DNA from: Podarcis bocagei
Lineage: Eukaryota
DNA length: 64,000 nt
Direction: 5' to 3' (one strand)
NCBI GenBank assembly: GCA_964188305.1
Contig: OZ076888.1
This document shows positions 45,992 to 59,475 of the stretch, piece by piece. Made by a program: the position numbers and the translations under genes. Below the pieces are notes generated by a model, which worked only from the letters and a program-made list of their open reading frames with translations, did no database searches and had not been told where the DNA came from. Position 1 is the first letter of the stretch; every line of letters begins with the position of its first letter.

Positions 45992-46385
45992 CGGAGCAAG
46001 AGGGAGCCTTGAGCTCGCCGGCGCGCGCCTGTTTCGTCATCGCGACAGCGGCCCAGGTCCTCAGGAAAGTCCGGCGTCGTGCCTGAAAAGTAGGGCGGAG
46101 GAAAGCTGCCTAAAGACGGCGGTGGTTGGCTAGGTGAATTTAGGAGGAGTTTTATTAGAAGGCGAAAGGGCTCGGAGTCCCATCCGCACCGCCACATTCC
46201 TCGCAAAGCCATGGGCCCCTAAGAGAAGCCTCGCAGGCAGTACAGAGGACAGCCACACGAGCACCCTGGCGGCCACGTGCGTTGAGAATGCAAGCGCAGT
46301 AAGCACGTGAGGGGATGGTGGTAATAACGCTCCGCCAATGCGAGTAGCGCCTTATGCTCGAACCTCGCCACGCCAAGCTCAAAAT
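45560..46385. promoter_or_regulatory. SUPV3L1: CpG island / SUPV3L1 promoter and exon 1
   Basis: Dense undepleted CpGs and high GC; E-boxes CACGTG near 46274 and 46304; CCAAT near 46335. Confidence 0.85.
45730..45991 (-). CDS. SUPV3L1: SUPV3L1 exon 1 coding part (262 nt)
   Basis: [13 protein letters not shown]...PDTSLFVPL...[13 protein letters not shown]|gtaagt. Confidence 0.93.
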
Positions 46386-47576
46386 TTTATCAGCTGCTCT
46401 GTATAATGCCTGTCCTGCTCTCTAGTCTCCACCCCATCCCATTGTTAAGCTCCACCTCAAGAATTAGTTGTTTTTCCAGACCTTCGCTTAAGGGGAGACG
46501 CTGCCTTTTGAGCCTTCTCCGTTGGCTAAACGTGCCCGCAGCCTTGGGAAACCCCAGATCACCAGCATTTATAATCAAAACTGTCTGCATAAATAGATGT
46601 TGGTCATAAAGAAATCTGCAAATGAATAAAGCTGCAGTAATTACGTTTTTATTGTATATTGGCACGGTCATCCAAGCCTCAGAGTAGATGCATTTGAGGT
46701 GTTTTTAAAGTATATATTCAGAGAAGGCCAGAAGGTTTTCATTTATTTCTTAAATTAGTATGCCATATTCTAATTTTAAGGAGTGGGTGGGACCAAGTAC
46801 TACCTTAAACTAGCCTTAAGATAACAACAAAATGAAGGAGACTGGGCTTTGCACTTCAAAACACTTTATAAATCCATATACAAAAGAAAAGCCCTTATCA
46901 ATTTCAAGAAGCTGGAACAAAAAAAATGGTGTTAGCAGGACTTCAAACATATTCTTAAGTGTAGTCAAATTAGATTAAAAATCACATAATAAAAAAATTC
47001 TGCCACTTATTTTTAATGCATCAACCACATCCTAAGGCAGCATATTCCTTTATAGAGTTGCAAATGATAATGGCTTGGTTTTAGATATGAAAATTGTCTC
47101 TATCTAGATAATTAGTCACCATGGCACTAAAAGCTGATCTCCAAAAATACACATCTAACTGAAAGAAATGGATTGGTCCTATGCTGAAATTAATAGGCAT
47201 GACTAATTGAGGTCCCTTAATTTCAGTACTTCTACGCAGAGTACCACTTAGCTGCCTACAATGCTCTGATCTGTTCAATTCACTTCAACCAAATTTGTAA
47301 GAAAAATATCTAAATGAACAGGTTCAAAGGGAAAGTATGCCACCCATTGAGAATCCCAGTTTTGTTTTGGTAGTCCGTGATCACTAAAACTTGAGATGAA
47401 CTAGAATTTCTTCCACCCCAACAATGCATTAAATGCTATTTAAGAACATCCCAAGTCTAACTTTAAGATACTCAATAATTCTGTAAGTGAAACTCACTAC
47501 AGCACAATGTAAAATTGAAGACACAATCTAGATATTTTAGTGAGAATACAGCTATTTTTAATAATTCAAAGAGCAG

Positions 47577-47648
47577 TTTATTATGTCTATTATACATAGT
47601 TGCACAATTTGAGGCTGGTTAAATACAATCAGTTTTCAAAAATTTATT
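47577..47648 (-). terminator. VPS26A: Candidate VPS26A poly(A) signals (AATAAA at 47648-47643 and 47582-47577)
   Basis: Two AATAAA about 1.4 kb after the stop in AT-rich, TE-poor 3'UTR-like sequence; further AATAAA at 46747-46742. Confidence 0.45.
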
Positions 47649-48995
47649 GGAATAGTTTCCAGATTACAACATGCAAGTGTCCATGAAAATATTTGGCATT
47701 TTTTGTTTGAAATTCTGAATAGGCACTTACATGAGGGAGTTAAGTTCTCTCAGTCATAGGCATCCATGCTAAAGAGAAATATCCCAGCACGCAGCATCTT
47801 TGACTGCTTTATCAAAGTGCCATGGTAGTAAAACAGTTCTTACAGAAGTATAATTTGAGAATTTCACTTACTCATAAAGTAAGGTAACCAATAACACTTG
47901 CAGTGAAGTTTAGAAACATTCTTGGTAGATAGGCCAAGTGAACTACAAATATGAGTAACCATCTAATTCAGCAGGTTCCATATTGTGACCATAGTTAAAC
48001 TCCGTTTCTGAAAACTACATGCTTAATTTTGGATAGATGGAGGCTAACAAGGGTTGTCCAAAGACTAAGTTCACTAAAGTTAAAAATGACTGGGTGTTTT
48101 GCTAAACAGAATTCCAAAGCCTACTTAGAATTCAATTTGGTTTACATACACAGACCTTCCTACAAGCCAATGTTTGAGGTGGTAAGATGAAGTGTGCATT
48201 TTAATGCAAAGTGATCTGAATTTTGTGCCTATGACCCGAATTCTAAAAGTGTAATCAGTAAAAGCTACATTTTCACACACCTTTGCCACTGAAACACAGC
48301 TCAATGGGATAATTCTGTATTTTCGCTTAGGGCATATAAGCCTTCAAGGGCTTTGCAATTTGATAATAGAATCATTAAGATGGAGGTGCCAAGAATTAGA
48401 AGAGTCATCACCCCTCTTATAAAGCTAGTATGAGAAAGAAGCTTGCTTTATTATATACATTCCTCAGAAAGAGACAAAGTCTGAAAACTCTGGCATGAGA
48501 ACTATTCCAAGTGTATGGACAAAATCCCATTATAAACCCTGAATTTGTCATTTTAGAACAATATATTTATTAGTTTCGAAGGATACAGGCAGTAGACGAT
48601 GAGGAAGGATGTATGATATGACTGTGGTATAGGAAGAGGAAATGCTTTAGTCTACCATCGATGATAAGCAAAACTTAAATGCACCAGCCTACATGCATGG
48701 AAAAACATAACTTTTTTAAGCTTTATGCATATATCTGAGTGCATCACACCAGACAAAAAGTAAAATGTGCAGTATAAAATAGCTTAAGAAAGTTCCAGTG
48801 TTTGAGAAAGCGCTCATTTTAAATGTATGTACACACTTGAATGTTTACTTAAAGAATGTTTTAGTAGTGTGGGAAATGCAGCACTGTAAGATGAGGAAGA
48901 CTGCTGAAATGGGTGTTGTGGCCTTCTTCCCTACAGGCTGTTGCCACCTTTAACCTGCTGATCTATCAACAGTTCTTTCACTCCCAACACCCAGT

Positions 48996-49109
48996 TCACA
49001 TTTCAGGCTGCTCTGCCGATGCCTGTGGTTCTGGACTTTCAAACCGCTGGTGGAAGTTGGTTCGTTGTTTCCTCAGTTTCTCAGGAGCTTTTCTCCAAAG
49101 AATGATCTC
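48996..49109 (-). CDS. VPS26A: VPS26A exon 9 coding part (114 nt)
   Basis: EIILWRKAPEKLRKQRTNFHQRFESPEPQASAEQPEM*. Confidence 0.96.
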   Translation of the reverse strand, partial: EIILWRKAPEKLRKQRTNFHQRFESPEPQASAEQPEM

Positions 49110-52100
49110 CTGTTTAAGGTGGAAGAAAATGTACAGTTTAGAGGCTTCATATTTTAAACATATTGATGTCGCAGATAGAAGCATCTCTCCTAGAACACTC
49201 GCGTGCGCCCCTTAGCATTTCCATATAAACTTCTGAAAAAACCTAGATACTGAAAGCCACAATCCTTTTCAGAAAGTTGTGCTGAAGCATGAAGTGGTGC
49301 CCATGTTGTGCAGCTCTCTTCATGAGGTCTCCTTTGCTCCCACTCTAGACAGTTTGGCAGCACATAAAAACATTGTTTCATAAAGCCTTCCCTTAAGCAG
49401 GTAATGGGAGATAAGATTTTTATTAGCCTTTGTTCTGCTTTTATTACCGATGTTTTAATGGACTGCATTTTTCTGCTTAAGAATCCCAATTATTGCTTTA
49501 TTGGGTGCTGGCTTTAGTACTTTGAAAGTTGCCCTGAATATTTTCTAACAGAAAAGGCAACACAAATAAATAATAATCCACCTCATTACAATACTTCAGT
49601 GCACAATGTCATTCATACCTGTTGCTTGAAGTACCTTCTGTCCTCTTCATCAACTAATACTAGGTTCAAGAAGTATCTTACTGAAAACTTTTTATTCACA
49701 TCCCTCATTGTAGGAGTAGGATCATAGCCCGCCAAGAAGAGTCTTATAGGAATAGATTCACCTTAGATAAAAAGAAGTTGTGATTAGTTTTGCTTCTTTC
49801 CTCAACATTTAAAGGATTAGAATAGTTCCTGACAGTGAATAATCTGGAGTCACAGGGAATGGCATGACATCAATTTAAAAAGAAGGGGGCTGGGAATTTC
49901 TTCTTAAGCAAGTCACACCAAATCTCAACATGCCTTTTAATCTGGGCGGGAGTAGCCTCTAAAAAGGAAAACAGCTATATATTTAAATGTGAACATGGCT
50001 CTGCATCCATTTCTGTCATCCAATCAAGCTGGGGAGCACAATTCAGAACAGACAAAGAGCAAAGCTGAAATATGAATTTGTTATCACAACATGCAGGGTA
50101 ATTAATAGATGGCTTTAAAGGGACAAGCCAATTGCTACTGAATATCAATTGCTGGTTAACAGCAGCAGAAAATAAGCATCTGGTTGACTACTGTGGGAGA
50201 GAGGATGCTACACTAGACTAGTCCAATCCAATAGAGCTCTTCTTATGTTCAGGGGTAGCACATTTGTCCATGTTTTCCCTACTCTTTTTCTTGACTCTTA
50301 AGAACACAAGAAAAAGTAATGATAGACCTGGCACAAACCAGAAATCAGTTTTCTAATTTATGAAAGCAACTAATACTATCCAATTGGTATTAAGGAGTGA
50401 AGGCCCCAGATTAGGAGCCCCTTATTCATTTAAGGCACTTAAATGATGCATTAGGCAAAATTGGTATTTAGTGCTTTAGATTTTCTTTTTGTACCAGTCT
50501 AGGCTTCAAGATAATTTTTATGTACTCCATAATAGGATTAACACTCAATTTAGAGAAACAACCTATATTTTAACATAAAAATGCTTTGACAATGTTAACA
50601 AACACCAACTCACCTTTAACTGGTGCACCATCCATTATTTCATACTTTGCAATAGTCTCAGTCTCTGTCGTGGTACTAGGTCCTGGTTAAACAATTATAT
50701 TTTTTAAAAAGTCCTTTAATTCAATTTTGCATATTTAGTTGAATACATTTATTTATTTCTATGGACTAAAGCCCCTTAGCAGTTATACCTTATCAGATAA
50801 TGAATAGGTATTGAATTACACAGGTAATCAGAAAATATCACTACTTCTCAGCTCTTCAAGATACAGCTCCTCTTAGTAATATCCAATATTTGTACTTCCC
50901 CAGCTCAGTCCAATACAACAGAACCTCAGAGGAATTATGAGCCCTGATTACAGCTGTTAATCAGGACCAACAACATGGTTAGTTAGTCAAAGTAAACAAC
51001 TGTCACCCAAGTCTTAAATCTGAACAGGTTACCCCAGTTTAATGTGAATCATATGTGCCACTTGGAGCCTACCCACCATGCCAATTCTGAACTATTACTA
51101 CATTTAGAAGTGCAAAGCAATTGTACAAGAAGGTCTTTCAAGTTGAAAAGTAGCTGAACAGAATGCCTGATTGCCATGTATATTGCTAAATACAGTTGAA
51201 GGCAGAGGTTTCAGGAACCTATTCACTGTGAAGCATAAACTAGTTACCTGCAAACCAGTATTGGTCACTATGTACAGCTAAAAGAAGCTAACTAGCTACA
51301 CATACATATGCAAAATATAACAGCCTATTATAAATTGGAAATATCAGAAAAGATAGTTCTAGAACACATCAAATTAAAAGTAAAAATATTAATGACAGTT
51401 TCAAAATTCATCTTACCAATTCCAGTAATCTCTTTTTTGATCAGCTGTAATTCCATATGCTGAATTTTTATTCTTACTAAGAGAAAGTAAATTTTTCCAA
51501 CAATCACATCCTTTAGATGATACCTTACAGAAACAAAGGAAGGGGGCTTGTAAACTGCAGAATTTAACATTTTTAAACTAGTTTACAGCATTTTACAATG
51601 CTTTTGTGTATTCATATTGCTGAAAAAGGATAAGAAAACAGAACTATCTATATTGAACAGGGTTACTCATTTTACCAAAGAGCAGACCCACACTCAAGTT
51701 TGTAGCTGCTACTCAGTTTTATTCCTCTATCAGGCAGCATGTTTTCAGAAGCCACTTTAAAGCCCAATGAACAGAAAGTGCTAGTAGTAGTAGAGACTGT
51801 TACAAGTTATCACAATATGCACTGAAGGTAAGTTGTGATTTCAAAATGTTGATGCCATAACAAATCAGATTGCAATAATGATCTCTTCTCTGTTGCTTAG
51901 GCAGTTAGTGCTAAAGAGCCCCATGCTAACAGAAGACATAGGTCTGGTCTAAGCATTTAAAAAAATTGTATCCTACTTTTGCATCATGTAGAATTGGATC
52001 CAGACTAAGCTATTTGCACTTAGGTCCACTGCAATCAATGTGAAAAGTCAGTAATGTCTAACTTTTAGATAAGTACAACTTACTTAGTTTGAATCCCACT

Positions 52101-55100
52101 CATAGTAACAGAACACTCAATTGGTATACAATGAGCACATTTTTTAAAAAATAGCAAAATTAAAAGAAACACAGAAAAACAGCCACCAGCAAAACAGTTT
52201 TAAAGGAGGCAAGACTAAGAAATCATCATAAGCCACCAAAGCAGAATAGTTTTCACCTGCTTTCTAAATGCCATCAAGGAGGCACCAGTTGGACTCCCAG
52301 AGAAAGGAGTTCCAAAGTTTGGGTAGAGTTCTCAAAAAGGACCTTTTATGTATACCCAGCAACTCAATCTTAAACACTGATGGGACATAGAGCAGTGTCT
52401 CCTCCAACTACTTGAGCTCACAAACAGACTGGGTGTCAGTGGAGCCAATATAGTACAGTAATCAAAATCACAGTACAGTACCAGTAGCTGATATAGTAAT
52501 CATAATTCTAGCTGCAGCATTTTGTATCAGATGAAGTTTCCATGTGGGCAGTTGGTTCAAGAACAGAGTAATATAATGCTCTTGAACTGTAACAACTTTG
52601 GAAGGTCAGCTTCACCCACCTATAACTATACATGGTCCATTAGCAATCAGCTAATTACTGCTATGTGTTCCACACTTTTAACCTGAAGGAGTTTCCCTGG
52701 TTACCCATTTCAAGGTCACACATTCCCTTATTCATAATACATACTTGGATTTGTTGTATTCAAATTCTATATGCAGACAATCTTCAATGCCGACTTCCAT
52801 TTTAATAGAGTTGTTAACATCTGGGTATGTCGCAAGCTGGTGAACGATAAGGTCATACTCTTTTACCAAGTCTGACAATCTTCTTACTATTGTAACTTTA
52901 AGGAAATACCTACAAAACAGGAAATTAGCACAGATTGTATACACAGAATATTTTACATACATGAAGTGGCCAACTTTATCAAATTAGCTAACATCAGAAA
53001 TAGACTATATTGAGATTCATAAACTGCATTAGCAGTTAAATCTGAATTAAAACAATCTGCTCACAATTCTAATTCCTTTTGTTGCAAGGCCAAAATGAGA
53101 ATTTAATAAGAGCATTCCCTAAAGCAAGAGAGAAGGTGATTCCAACTTTTATTAGCACAATGGGTTGGAACCAGACATGCCTGCAGCAGAACTCTAAAGC
53201 TTCAGCAGGTAGAAGAGAAAAGGCAATTCATTCCCACTTCCCTGCAGCTCTCCATGAAGATTGGCTTGAGAGGACTGAAGGTCCTTTTGGTACAGCATGG
53301 GAGATGTGGTGGGATGCTGCAGAGGAAATCTATTCCTTCAATCTAGCATGAGTCTCTGCTGAACCAAAATCCCTTCTGCAAACTGAAAGGATTCAATCCA
53401 GTATTTCTTTACAGCTCTATAAACAGGATGGAATGTATTTTGAGGACCCACTTACATTTAAATTTAAGGTTTACATATTATTTTTAAGGCAGGCACATCC
53501 AAATTCACGCCTTTCGTGTTTCAGATTGCTTGCTAAAGCTTTTTTTACCATTTCCATATAGTTTCCTGTTATCATTATTATAATCATATTTATTATATGG
53601 CTAATTACTTTTTCTATGTAGAAATTTTTATTTCTTTCATTTTATTGCAACTTGTTTTCATTTTTGTATTTCTTAAAATTAACAATGCTGTAATCAAGTA
53701 TTTTAATAATGACTAAAGAACAGAAATTCAGAGTCTTCCATCACTGCATGCCTTTTGGCTCAAATACCTTCCAATTATCTCTCAAAAGCTGCATATTAAT
53801 CTATGTAACTAAGGGCAACATCCAACATAACATTAGTGGAATAAGTTTGAGAATTAACATTGTTCTGCAAGCAGTAGTGCAAAAGTTTAGTTGTCACTGA
53901 GAAGTTCTGCAACTTGTTTCACAAGCACAATTCTCTCACTGGATTCAGCTGCTGTGCTACACTCAAAACAAGGCTCTGGCTAGCAAAACAGCTGTTGTAA
54001 AAGTGGCCTGCCACAATCAGATATTACTCTAAACAACTTAAAATGATTTGAGCAAAATGATTTTGTTAGAAGAAATTATTCTAAGAAAGTGATACAAGTT
54101 TCTTAGTATAGAGTGACATTTGATAGACAAGACTGCTCACTTTGTCTTTGGAGCACAGGTTGCATAAAATCTCAGCTTTGGAGACTTCTCAGATGAATAG
54201 CCTACCAGCCTGCAGGGGCATATAGGGAGTTTGATTCATAATATATTTTATCTAGATTCTGAAGGCCGGAAAAGAAAAAAATTCCATCAAAGCCATCAGA
54301 TCAGAGAGAAAAAGGATCCATAATGGGTTAGATTCAAAAGTACGCTTCCATTAATGGAAACAGTTCTTTCAGCAATGTAACAGCTTTCAATTCAGCAAAG
54401 GTTCCTACACATGGAAACGAAGGGAGGTGACTTTCTCAGATACCATTTCCCCCTTATAACCCTCATACCACCTTCCTTCAAGGGGTGAGAGAGGCTGCAG
54501 GGGGGTTTTGGCAAAAGAACCCCTTCCCTCTTCGTGGATGTCTCTGCTAGATCAAAATTCCTTCCACAAACAGATGGGCCCTTTTGATGCAACCAATTTA
54601 TAATATATTTTTACACATACCTATATAATGCTATAAGTTAGAAACTATTATAACCATAACTGCAGAAATAGTACTTTTCAGTTTCCATACCTCAATCTGA
54701 CATTGGCACCGATGTAGGATTCATATGGCTTCTCAACTTGCATAAACTCAAAGTCATAACTTCTACTTTGTGTTAATTCACCAGGTAAGGCCAGTTCTTT
54801 CACTAGGTTTACAAATTCATGAGTATTGCTCTTGTCACTGAAAAGCTCTAAGAAAGTAATGAATAGAATCAGAGAGGAAATGTAACAGAAGCTTTCCTTA
54901 AGGAGTATACAATGGCTTGACACTTGGGACTGCTGCAAGTGTCAAAGAAGAAAAGAAGAAAATAAATAGAAAGATATTAAAATATTGGCATTATTTCTAT
55001 CTCCATTTAATCATGTGAATTCAAAAAAATATTTTTTTATTTTACAGTGTGGTCGAATTCAGAACTCCTTCAGTATGTCAGTTGTATTGCACAGATCCTC

Positions 55101-58100
55101 CATACAAGTACAAAATACAACTGTTTTGTTAATTATACTGTAGAACAGCCCACCATTGTTTAATATCAACAGTCAGTTTGACAAACAAGCAAATGACTTG
55201 TTGGAGTAAATTCAATAACTTAAAAGGTAGGCTAGTAGAATGTTTTCCAAAATGTGTCATTTTATTTTATATTCTCATATTATAAGCAGAGAGAGAGAAT
55301 TTACTGAACAAATTTTCCTGAACAATTTTACTGAGAATTTACTGAACAAATTTTGGTTTATGAAACAGAATATACAAACTTTAAGAAAAAGCTCTTCAAG
55401 AAAAAACAAAAGCAGAACATACAAAGATGTGGCCTCAATAAATTATATCATCTTTACTTGTTGCATCTTAATCTTCAAGATCCACATATGATCTAGCTAG
55501 AATATAGTTACTATTTTTAAGATGCATGCTGTTTGTGTAACTGTTGCTTGGCAACATATCACAGATACAATTTATTTGAATCACAGACAAACATTATTTA
55601 CTTCAAAACAAACATCTTCGGGATACTTGTTATACAACCAGTGTTGGAAACTCAGATATATAAGCTAGGCACCAAATGGCTCCTTAACCAATGTTATAGT
55701 CGCCAAAACAGAATGGTTGCCATTTGGGGGCAAGATGGTTCTTAAGTCTTATTCTTCAAATGATGGACTGACTGTGATTGATTCTCAGTTAAACATCTGC
55801 CTAGTTCAGATGACAACCTTGAGCTAGGTTAAGAGCTTGGAGAACTTAAAAGAAGAAATGTCACTTGACCCAGGGACAGTCCACACATATATACTGGCCT
55901 ATTCTGAGCTTTTTTTCTTAATGGTGACATGGACCATTCATATAGCAACCATATTCTTCACAACTGTGAGCAGGGCAGTGGGATGGGGTAAGTGAAGACA
56001 AGCAACAATTCACTATAATGTTGTTCACCACTCCTGCTCAGACCGCATAGAAATAAAATTTTGGCTCCTGGTTGTGCAGATAAAAATTAACTGATAGAAT
56101 TCTACAGGATGTGGTAATAGTGTGTGAAAACAGTTCAGATACAATGATCCCCAGAATGTGCCTCCAGATGGTGGAGATGTCAGGTGACATCCTGGTGCCC
56201 AGGTCAAAAGCCTGGTGCAAAATGAGCCTGGCTAATTTTGAACACTGTATTCAACTACCAAGAGACCAGTCCAGATTATGATTCCTATATCAGGGTTATG
56301 AGCACTCAAAGTTATCCATACCAAATGGTAATTCTAAGAGACTCACCAATTTGTCCTACAAATTCAATTCTAATTCCTTGATGCTCTAGCCTCTTTCCAA
56401 GTTGTTTAAAGACTATGTTTACCTGAAAAAGTCAAAACAGCAATGAAAAGGTGTAAGTGTAATGATCCATTTGTACAAAAACTTATTTTAGATCATTTAA
56501 ACCACATATATATCCCACCTTTCCACTGCATTTGCAAAACTAAGTGCAATGTAGAACAATAAAAAATAACCAGTAACAAAATAAAACAACGGTTAAAAAC
56601 AGATAGGTGCAGTTGATAAAAACAGTATTTTTCAAAAGGAAGTGTAGTTCTGGTTCTTTGCCCCTTTTCCAGCCCTGTGTTACAATGCTAGACTACATGG
56701 CATTTTCATTCCTTCTTCCAACTCTTATTTACTGAATTTTCAAAGCAAAAGTGGTTAAAACTTGCTAGATGCCACTGGCACTCCCTGCGCCCTGCCAGTT
56801 CCTCCTTATGCAATTATTTACAACACTAAAAAAAAATGGGACTGTGGGAAGAGAAACTGGTGAAGCAGCTGTTTAGCAATGGGTGAAAGTAGTTCATTAA
56901 ATGACAGAAGCAGGAAAAGACAAGTTTTAAAGCAAAGAATGGAGATAAATATGGCACCATTCCAGCATTCTAAAGGGGCAATGAATAGCAGAAGGTTAGA
57001 AGAATAGAGGCGCTGGATCTGGTCATGTGCAATGTGCCCAGACACTGCCCTTTTCCATTTTATAAGTAAGAGAATTCCAATAGAATATTCTATGTAGAAG
57101 ATGGGGCAGGTTCAGGCTTTACAAATACTTCTTCTGCACATCAGAACCCCTACTGTGGGTATGGATTGCACCAGAACTCCTTTCTAATCATTTGCCAGAA
57201 TTGAAGGCATTGTGTTAAAGGCAAATTCAAAACAATCACAACAGGGGTAGTATTTTTGGACTCAATATATTCTTATAAAGGGTTTAAGAAAAATTGTAGA
57301 AGATAAAACTATCCTTGGCAACTTTAAAGGTAAAGGGACCCCTGACAGTTAGGTCCCGTTGTGGACGACTCTGGGCTTGCAGTGCTCATCTCGCTTTACT
57401 GGCCAAGGGAGCCGGCGTTTGTCCACAGATAGCTTCCAGGTCATGTGGCCAGCATGACTAAGCCGCTTCTGGCGAATCAGAGCAGCGCACGGAAACACCG
57501 TTTACCTTCCTGCCAGAGCGGTACCTATTTATCTACTTGCACTTGACGTGCTTTTGAACTGCTAGGTTGGCAGGAGCAGGGACCGAGCAATGGGAGCTCA
57601 CCCCGTCGCAGGGATTCAAACTGCTGACCTTCTGATTGGCAGGCCCTAGGCTCTGTGGTTTAGACCACAACACCACCTGTGTCCCATCCTTGGCAACTTT
57701 ACATGATGGTTATATATGACCTCTAGCATAAGACACTTTGGGTTGTATCCAGTGTTAGACTAGACAAGACCAACTTATGTCCATTAATTTCAGTGAGTCT
57801 ACTCTGAATAAAACAGTTCAATACAACCGTGCCACAGAATGCTGGACTAGACAGGCCTTTGGCCTAATCCTAGAAGGCTCTTCTTAGAACATTAGGCAGA
57901 GATAACAGGAGTTGTAGTCCAGCAACATCTAGAGAACTATAAGTTCCCCTGTATAACATTTGTGAAAACAGAACACCTTAAATATGACCCAAGTGCAGCA
58001 ACATTTGCTTGTATTATTACTTGAACCTTTAGAATATATTATTTTCTTCCATTCTTTCAATATCAAATTGAGAAGCAAAAAAGTAGTGTTGAAACCAAGC

Positions 58101-58744
58101 TCCACAGAAGACAAGTTTGTGAACTAGAAGATGTAGATATAGAGTAGTTTTAGGCATGGGGGGGAATCTGTATGAAGAGAAACCACTTATAAAAATAAGA
58201 ATGTCAACAACTTAAATATTTGGATAGTTAATCTAACATATTTTAAATTTGCATAAAACCCACAAATTATCAGTTAACACCATAGATCATTAATGTGACA
58301 TTATCAAATATTTGTGCAATAAAAATTAATGAGGATGACTGTATTATCTCCTGTGCCAACACTGAAAGAAGTTCCTCCGCAACAAAATTAATGTGTTGGT
58401 CCTTCCTTGACATATACATATTGACTTGATAACATCAACAATAACAATTTGTTTACTACCAAACCTCAATATGACATATACACTAGAACCTAGATTCTAT
58501 TATGAGATTATCTGGAACAGCTATATCATTAATAACTGTTTCTGTCCTATATCTTACATAAAGTACAAACTTCTTTTTTTTAATAAAAAATTACCTTTCC
58601 TGAAACCGATTCTCCATCATAGAAAAGATAATGTTTTTCTATTTTACCATCTTCTGTTTTTATTTCAGCTGTTTTTCGTGATTCTGCGTCATTAAGAACA
58701 ACATCAATCTCACAAATGGGACCAAACAAGCCTCCCAGAAAACT
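48996..58744 (-). CDS. VPS26A: Vacuolar protein sorting-associated protein 26A (retromer), exons 2-9; exon 1 (ATG) outside window
   Basis: Exons 58744-58595, 56422-56347, 54847-54691, 52909-52745, 51523-51417, 50682-50614, 49761-49619, 49109-48996 = 981 nt; adding an upstream ATG gives 327 aa, as in human VPS26A. SFLGGLFGPICEID... to ...ESPEPQASAEQPEM*. Confidence 0.97.
49619..49761 (-). CDS. VPS26A: VPS26A exon 8 (143 nt)
   Basis: GESIPIRLFLAGYDPTPTMRDVNKKFSVRYFLNLVLVDEEDRRYFKQQ. Confidence 0.96.
50614..50682 (-). CDS. VPS26A: VPS26A exon 7 (69 nt)
   Basis: GPSTTTETETIAKYEIMDGAPVK. Confidence 0.95.
51417..51523 (-). CDS. VPS26A: VPS26A exon 6 (107 nt)
   Basis: YHLKDVIVGKIYFLLVRIKIQHMELQLIKKEITGI. 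Confidence 0.96.
52745..52909 (-). CDS. VPS26A: VPS26A exon 5 (165 nt)
   Basis: YFLKVTIVRRLSD...KMEVGIEDCLHIEFEYNKSK. Confidence 0.96.
54691..54847 (-). CDS. VPS26A: VPS26A exon 4 (157 nt)
   Basis: ELFSDKSNTHEFVNLVKELALPGEL...YIGANVRLR. Confidence 0.96.
56347..56422 (-). CDS. VPS26A: VPS26A exon 3 (76 nt)
   Basis: VNIVFKQLGKRLEHQGIRIEFVGQI. Confidence 0.95.
57327..57685 (-). mobile_element. Sauria SINE, full length
   Basis: Perfect 16-bp TSD ATCCTTGGCAACTTTA (57311-57326, 57686-57701); body matches 11968-12321. Confidence 0.92.
58595..58744 (-). CDS. VPS26A: VPS26A exon 2 (150 nt)
   Basis: SFLGGLFGPICEIDVVLNDAESRKTAEIKTEDGKIEKHYLFYDGESVSGK. Confidence 0.95.
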
Positions 58745-59392
58745 CTGCAATAAAAAGCAAATTCACTTAGTCTTAGATAAAATAAACAGCAACTTTATCA
58801 AGTTCAATATAGCAGCCACAAAGTGTAGCTAAATAATGAAGAAAAAGTTCTATAGCTCTTGTTTTAATTGCTCTTTTAAACATATATAAAAAAATTAATT
58901 CTACCAAAAATTTCAGCTGTAGAAACTGAACTGGTGTGAGACAGCAACAGAACACGGTTATGAATTGTCGCATTTGTGGAAAAGCAAGCATCATGCTAGA
59001 ACAGAAATACAGGTTCACCATGTCTTATGTGCCAGTGTAGCCCCCACACACACACCACACATGCTACCCCATAACAATTATAAATCAGAATATTTTAAGG
59101 GTGAAGTGACAGATAACTAATTTAAGCAACTTAAAACAATTCTTACATATATGTTTCTGCATTGATGGAAGGGAAAAATACTACAAAATACATTAAAACT
59201 ACATTACAGAAATCTAATCAGCAACTAGTTTTGTCTGAGGGCCACTTGAACAAAATGGGGAAATGACAGGCTAAGGCCCCATGCCCTAAACCCCCAAATA
59301 GTTTGCAGCCTAGTCCCATTGCTGCAGATGCTGCTCATCTATCTTTTGTGCCTCATCTAAGAAAAGCACCACTACTCAGGGAAAGATTAGAC

Positions 59393-59475
59393 CAAGCACG
59401 TCCAACTTCCATCAACCAGAAACCCATAATTGACCATGATCGCCCACCCCGCGAGCGACCGGTTGGACATGCCTG
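59393..59475. mobile_element. 83-bp hAT MITE
   Basis: 14-bp TIRs CAAGCACGTCCAAC / GTTGGACATGCCTG; perfect 8-bp TSD GATTAGAC. Confidence 0.85.

Noticed and set aside
55296-55355. Short local duplications (also 10691-10722, 44147-44190, 62447-62480)
   Set aside because: Ordinary slippage-type microduplications with no further structure.
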